DNA of 64,000 nucleotides, from the NCBI RefSeq assembly GCF_036365525.1, contig NC_090373.1, positions 172,544,080 through 172,608,079 of the forward strand, in the 5' to 3' direction. Shown piece by piece: positions 60,745 through 64,000 of this stretch. A program made the position numbers and the translations under genes. Below the pieces are notes generated by a model. It was not told the origin of the DNA. It did not search any database and was given only the letters and a program-made list of their open reading frames with translations. The DNA comes from Heterodontus francisci. Taxonomy: Eukaryota. Position 1 is the stretch's first letter; every line of letters starts with the position of its first letter.

Positions 60745-62409
60745 TGTTATGACCGCGGCAGGAGTAATGCACTGTCAATTCAGTCCCAATACTCCACAGG
60801 TCATAGCACATTATTAAAATTTTCCCACCTACTGGACATTAGCCAAATTAAACACTTTAGTAACCGCCAGAATAAAACAGACCAAACCAGGTATCTTTAA
60901 ACAACAACAAATTAACTATTTATTAATACACTAAACCTTAGAAGCTATTAAGATGAATTTATGTCTAAAGACTTTATAACTTCTTATTTTCTCTTAACCC
61001 TAATGCACACACACATACATTTAAAAATCAATGGTTCACCAGTTTTAAAAATAGTATTTCTTAGGAATAAAATAAGTAGCTGGGTTGTAAGTCCTGGTGA
61101 GTTACGTTCCTGGTTGGTGAAATGTCCCAGATTAGAACAATCAGATGCCATTTGAAGGCTGGTATTTTACGCCGCCCCAGCGGGTCGGATGGTGGCGTGG
61201 GGGTGGCGTAAAATTGAGTGGCAGACTCCGGGAGGCCTAACCGCCCCGATTCTGCCTTCGACCAATTTTATGGAGGCGCGGCGGGGGGGGGGAGGTGGGT
61301 GAGAAGCAGCCCCCCCGGGGCCAATCAAGACCCTTAAGTGGCCACTTAATGGCCACTTAAGGCCCTCGCCCGCCTCCATGGATATTTTACCCGTGGCAAG
61401 CGGGTGTGCAGGGGACGTGAAAGGCTGCCCAGCTATAGCTGCCGGCCTTTCCACACCCCGGGGGGAGGGCCTGGCAATCGGGCACAGGGTGCCCGATTGA
61501 GGGCTGACACCGCCTCCCAACCCAAACCCGGGATCCAAGATGCCCCTCCCCCCCCCCAACGACCACCAGGGCATGACTGATTCTCCTGGTGAGGCAACCC
61601 AAACTGACCTTCAGTCCCGGCTCCTTGGTATCCTTGGTCGGCTGGGCTGCAGCCCCAGCAATGGCCACCGCTCCTGGTGGTGCTGCTGAGACGAAGAGCT
61701 GCCGGCCCGCTGATTGGCCGGCAGCTCATTGAGGCGGGACCTCCTCCCACAAGTGGGTGGAAGACCTGCCTCAGGCCAATTAAAGCCTGGGGATCTGTAA
61801 AATACGGGACGAATCCCGAGGCTGGGCGGAAGCAGATTCGGCAATGACATTTACGTCAGAGTCCGACTCCCATCCGCCCACTGTGAAATTCCAGCCGAAG
61901 TCTCCAGGTGAATTTGACAGTCTATAACAGATAGGCGTTAAAAGCACTTCAGTTGCAGCAGGCATCACATAGTTCTTTTAACAAGGAGTTAGCCACAGGT
62001 GTGTTTGGATTATAAAATTGGTAGGTTTTCAGCAGAAACTTTACTGACAATTCCAGCAAACACAAACAACAGAGCCCCTCTTGAAGGAAAATGTTCTTTT
62101 TCCAGGGTTTTTTTTTCTCTCCTTAGGCAATAGCACAGCCTGTAACTCAATGTAGCTTTTCAACTAAGAGAGATAGACAACTTCTTCCTCCAGAGCATGC
62201 TTCACTGGAGTCTAGTTCAAACCAGTTGAAACCAGTCTTTATCCACAGTTAAATCCACAGTACACCATGTGACACCTTTCTCCTGCTGTGGCTTAGGAAA
62301 TCAGGTGCAGCTGCAGGCACACTGTGCTCAATCTTAAAGGCACACTGTTTTTAGCAGTGTTTTAAAGGCACACTGTTTTAAACAGAGGAGAAAAATCAGT
62401 TCCGCAACA
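60745..62409 (-). mobile_element. 3' LTR of the Gypsy element, split by a MITE
   Basis: TGTTATGACC...TCCGCAACA termini; terminal 10 bp nearly identical to the solo LTRs; adjoins the pol end. Confidence 0.75.
61157..61896. mobile_element. GC-rich Harbinger-type MITE
   Basis: TIRs GGCTGGTATTTTAC / GTGAAATTCCAGCC; 3-bp TSD GAA at 61154-61156 and 61897-61899; CpG largely retained. Confidence 0.85.
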
Positions 62410-62584
62410 CCGCCGCGCTTGGCAAAATGAAACACCATTCTTAAAATGCTTTTCACTACAATGTAAAAAATAGAAACCGAAAAAAACCCTCAAAACATTT
62501 TTTCACATTCATGACCCCATTCACTCTACTGATAACTTACAGAATTTTCTTTGTACCTTCGCCATTCATGTAACTTAACGTAGT

Positions 62585-63856
62585 TAAATTCGTAACAAAG
62601 CGTCAGCGATAACATTGTTTTTTTCCCTGAAATATGTCCAATTTTCAAATGATAAGGCCATAACAACAAGCTGCATCTAAATATTCTAGCATTTCAGTTT
62701 TTAATTTTTTCCACAAACATGGTCAGTGTATATTAGTGTTTCTTTATAGTCTTGGTGAGCATATACTTCAGATTCCGGGTTCGATTCCGGGTACTGCCTG
62801 TGTGGAGTTTGCAAGTTCTCCCTGTGTCTGCGTGGGTTTTTTCCAGGTGCTCCGGTTTCCTCCCACAAGCCAAAAGACTTGCAGGTTGATAGGTAAATTG
62901 GCCATTATAAATTGTCACTAGTATAGGTAGGTGGTAGGGAAATATAGGGACAGGTGGGGATGTTTGGTCGGAATATGGGATTAGTGTAGGATTAGTATAA
63001 ATGGGTGGTTGATGTTCGGCACAGACTCGGTGGGCCGAAGGGTCTGTTTCAGTGCTGTATCTCTAAAAAAAAAAAATTGTTTGAGAGCCAGAAAAAGTCC
63101 TAATACTTTCTTTGATGGCAATTTAGTTTTCTTGAAAAGTACCCTACTGGCTTCTCTATGCCCAACTCGTCATCATGCAATAGGATTGCACCAACCTGCA
63201 GGTCGCTAGCATCAATCGCTATTTTGAAGGGTTTAGCAAAATTTGGAGCAGCCAGCACTGGTACATAAGTTAAGATTGCCTTTAGCTTTTCAAAAGCTGC
63301 CAGGCATTCATCTGACCATACTACTGTATTCTTCTACTTTTTTGTGTCGCAAATCGGTTAATAGAGCAGCCACAGAACCAAAATTCTGCAAAAATTTCCT
63401 GTAAAAACAGCACATCCTCAAAAACCTCATTATCCCACGTTTAGATATCGGGATCGGGAACTCCATTAAGGCTTGTACCCTTGACGTTTTTGGCAATACA
63501 TATCCTTTTCCCACTATGTGTCCGAGGTAAGTTACTCTTACTTTTCCAGATTCGCTTTTTTCCAGATTTATCACTAAGTTCACAGCTTGTAGTCTTTTAA
63601 ACAGAAGTTTTAGCTGGTTTAAGTGTTCTTGCCAAGTGTTACTTTATATTAGTACATCATCCAGATACACAACAAAGTTGGAACACTGGCTACTACCTGA
63701 TTCATTAATCTTTGAAAAGTGGCTGGGGCATTTTTTAGCCCAAATGGCATCACCCGGCACTGATAAAGACCATAGGGTGTTACAAAAGCTGATATCTCTT
63801 TGCCTCGAGGAGTCAAAGGAACTTGTTTTTATCCCTTTAACAAATCAATCTTGGTA
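62585..63856 (-). pseudogene. Gypsy pol RT + RNase H (Gmr1-like order), disrupted
   Basis: VYLDDVL at about 63650-63670, INLEKS..VTYLGH, FYRKF, PVLAAPNF.KPFKIAIDAS, KPVGYFSRKL, YTDH, VIADAL.RI-stop immediately upstream of the LTR. Confidence 0.85.
62771..63075 (+). mobile_element. 5'-truncated HE1 V-SINE inserted in Gypsy RNase H
   Basis: B box GGTTCGATTCC, V domain, tail ending in an A run. Confidence 0.9.
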
Positions 63857-64000
63857 ACATACGAACATACGAATTAGGAGCAGGAGTAGGCCACTCGGCC
63901 CTTCGAGCCTGCTACACCATTCAATGAGTTCATGGCTGAACTGATTACTCTACATTTCCACCTACCCCCGATAACCTTCCACCTGCTTGCTTATCAAGCA
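63857..64000 (-). mobile_element. CR1 3' terminus with (ATGTTCGT)n tail, runs off the window
   Basis: 'aacatacgaacatacgaattaggagcaggagtaggccactcggcccttcgagcctgc'. Confidence 0.85.

Noticed and set aside
61167-61968. GC-rich overlapping ORFs suggesting a CpG-island gene
   Set aside because: Contained almost wholly within a TIR/TSD-bounded MITE

Overview
Eukaryotic, repeat-dense, apparently gene-free window from a cartilaginous fish (shark). The call rests on HE1-type tRNA/V-SINEs, HER1/CR1 LINEs and SacSINE1-like Deu-SINEs; the genus cannot be fixed from sequence alone. I found no host protein-coding exon. Almost every long ORF is a transposon fragment or its antisense shadow. Contents: many CR1 LINE pieces (one with a Zn-finger/esterase ORF1), L2 remnants, CR1-Zenon-like LINEs (one near full length with a tRNA-derived 5' head), two young RTE copies with clear TSDs, a Neptune-type Penelope element with a twin-priming-like inversion, and four Penelope-terminus copies carrying a minimal hammerhead-ribozyme motif. 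Also present are three solo LTRs with 4-bp TSDs, a Gmr1-like Gypsy 3' half, a second Gypsy integrase/LTR remnant, and a decayed two-gene PIF/Harbinger transposon with related MITEs. Between the repeats lie several unique islands rich in homeodomain-type motifs, one relatively CpG-rich (44.6-45.5 kb), which may be conserved enhancers. Family names come from recognised motifs, not database searches. Boundaries are exact only where a TSD or TIR is quoted.
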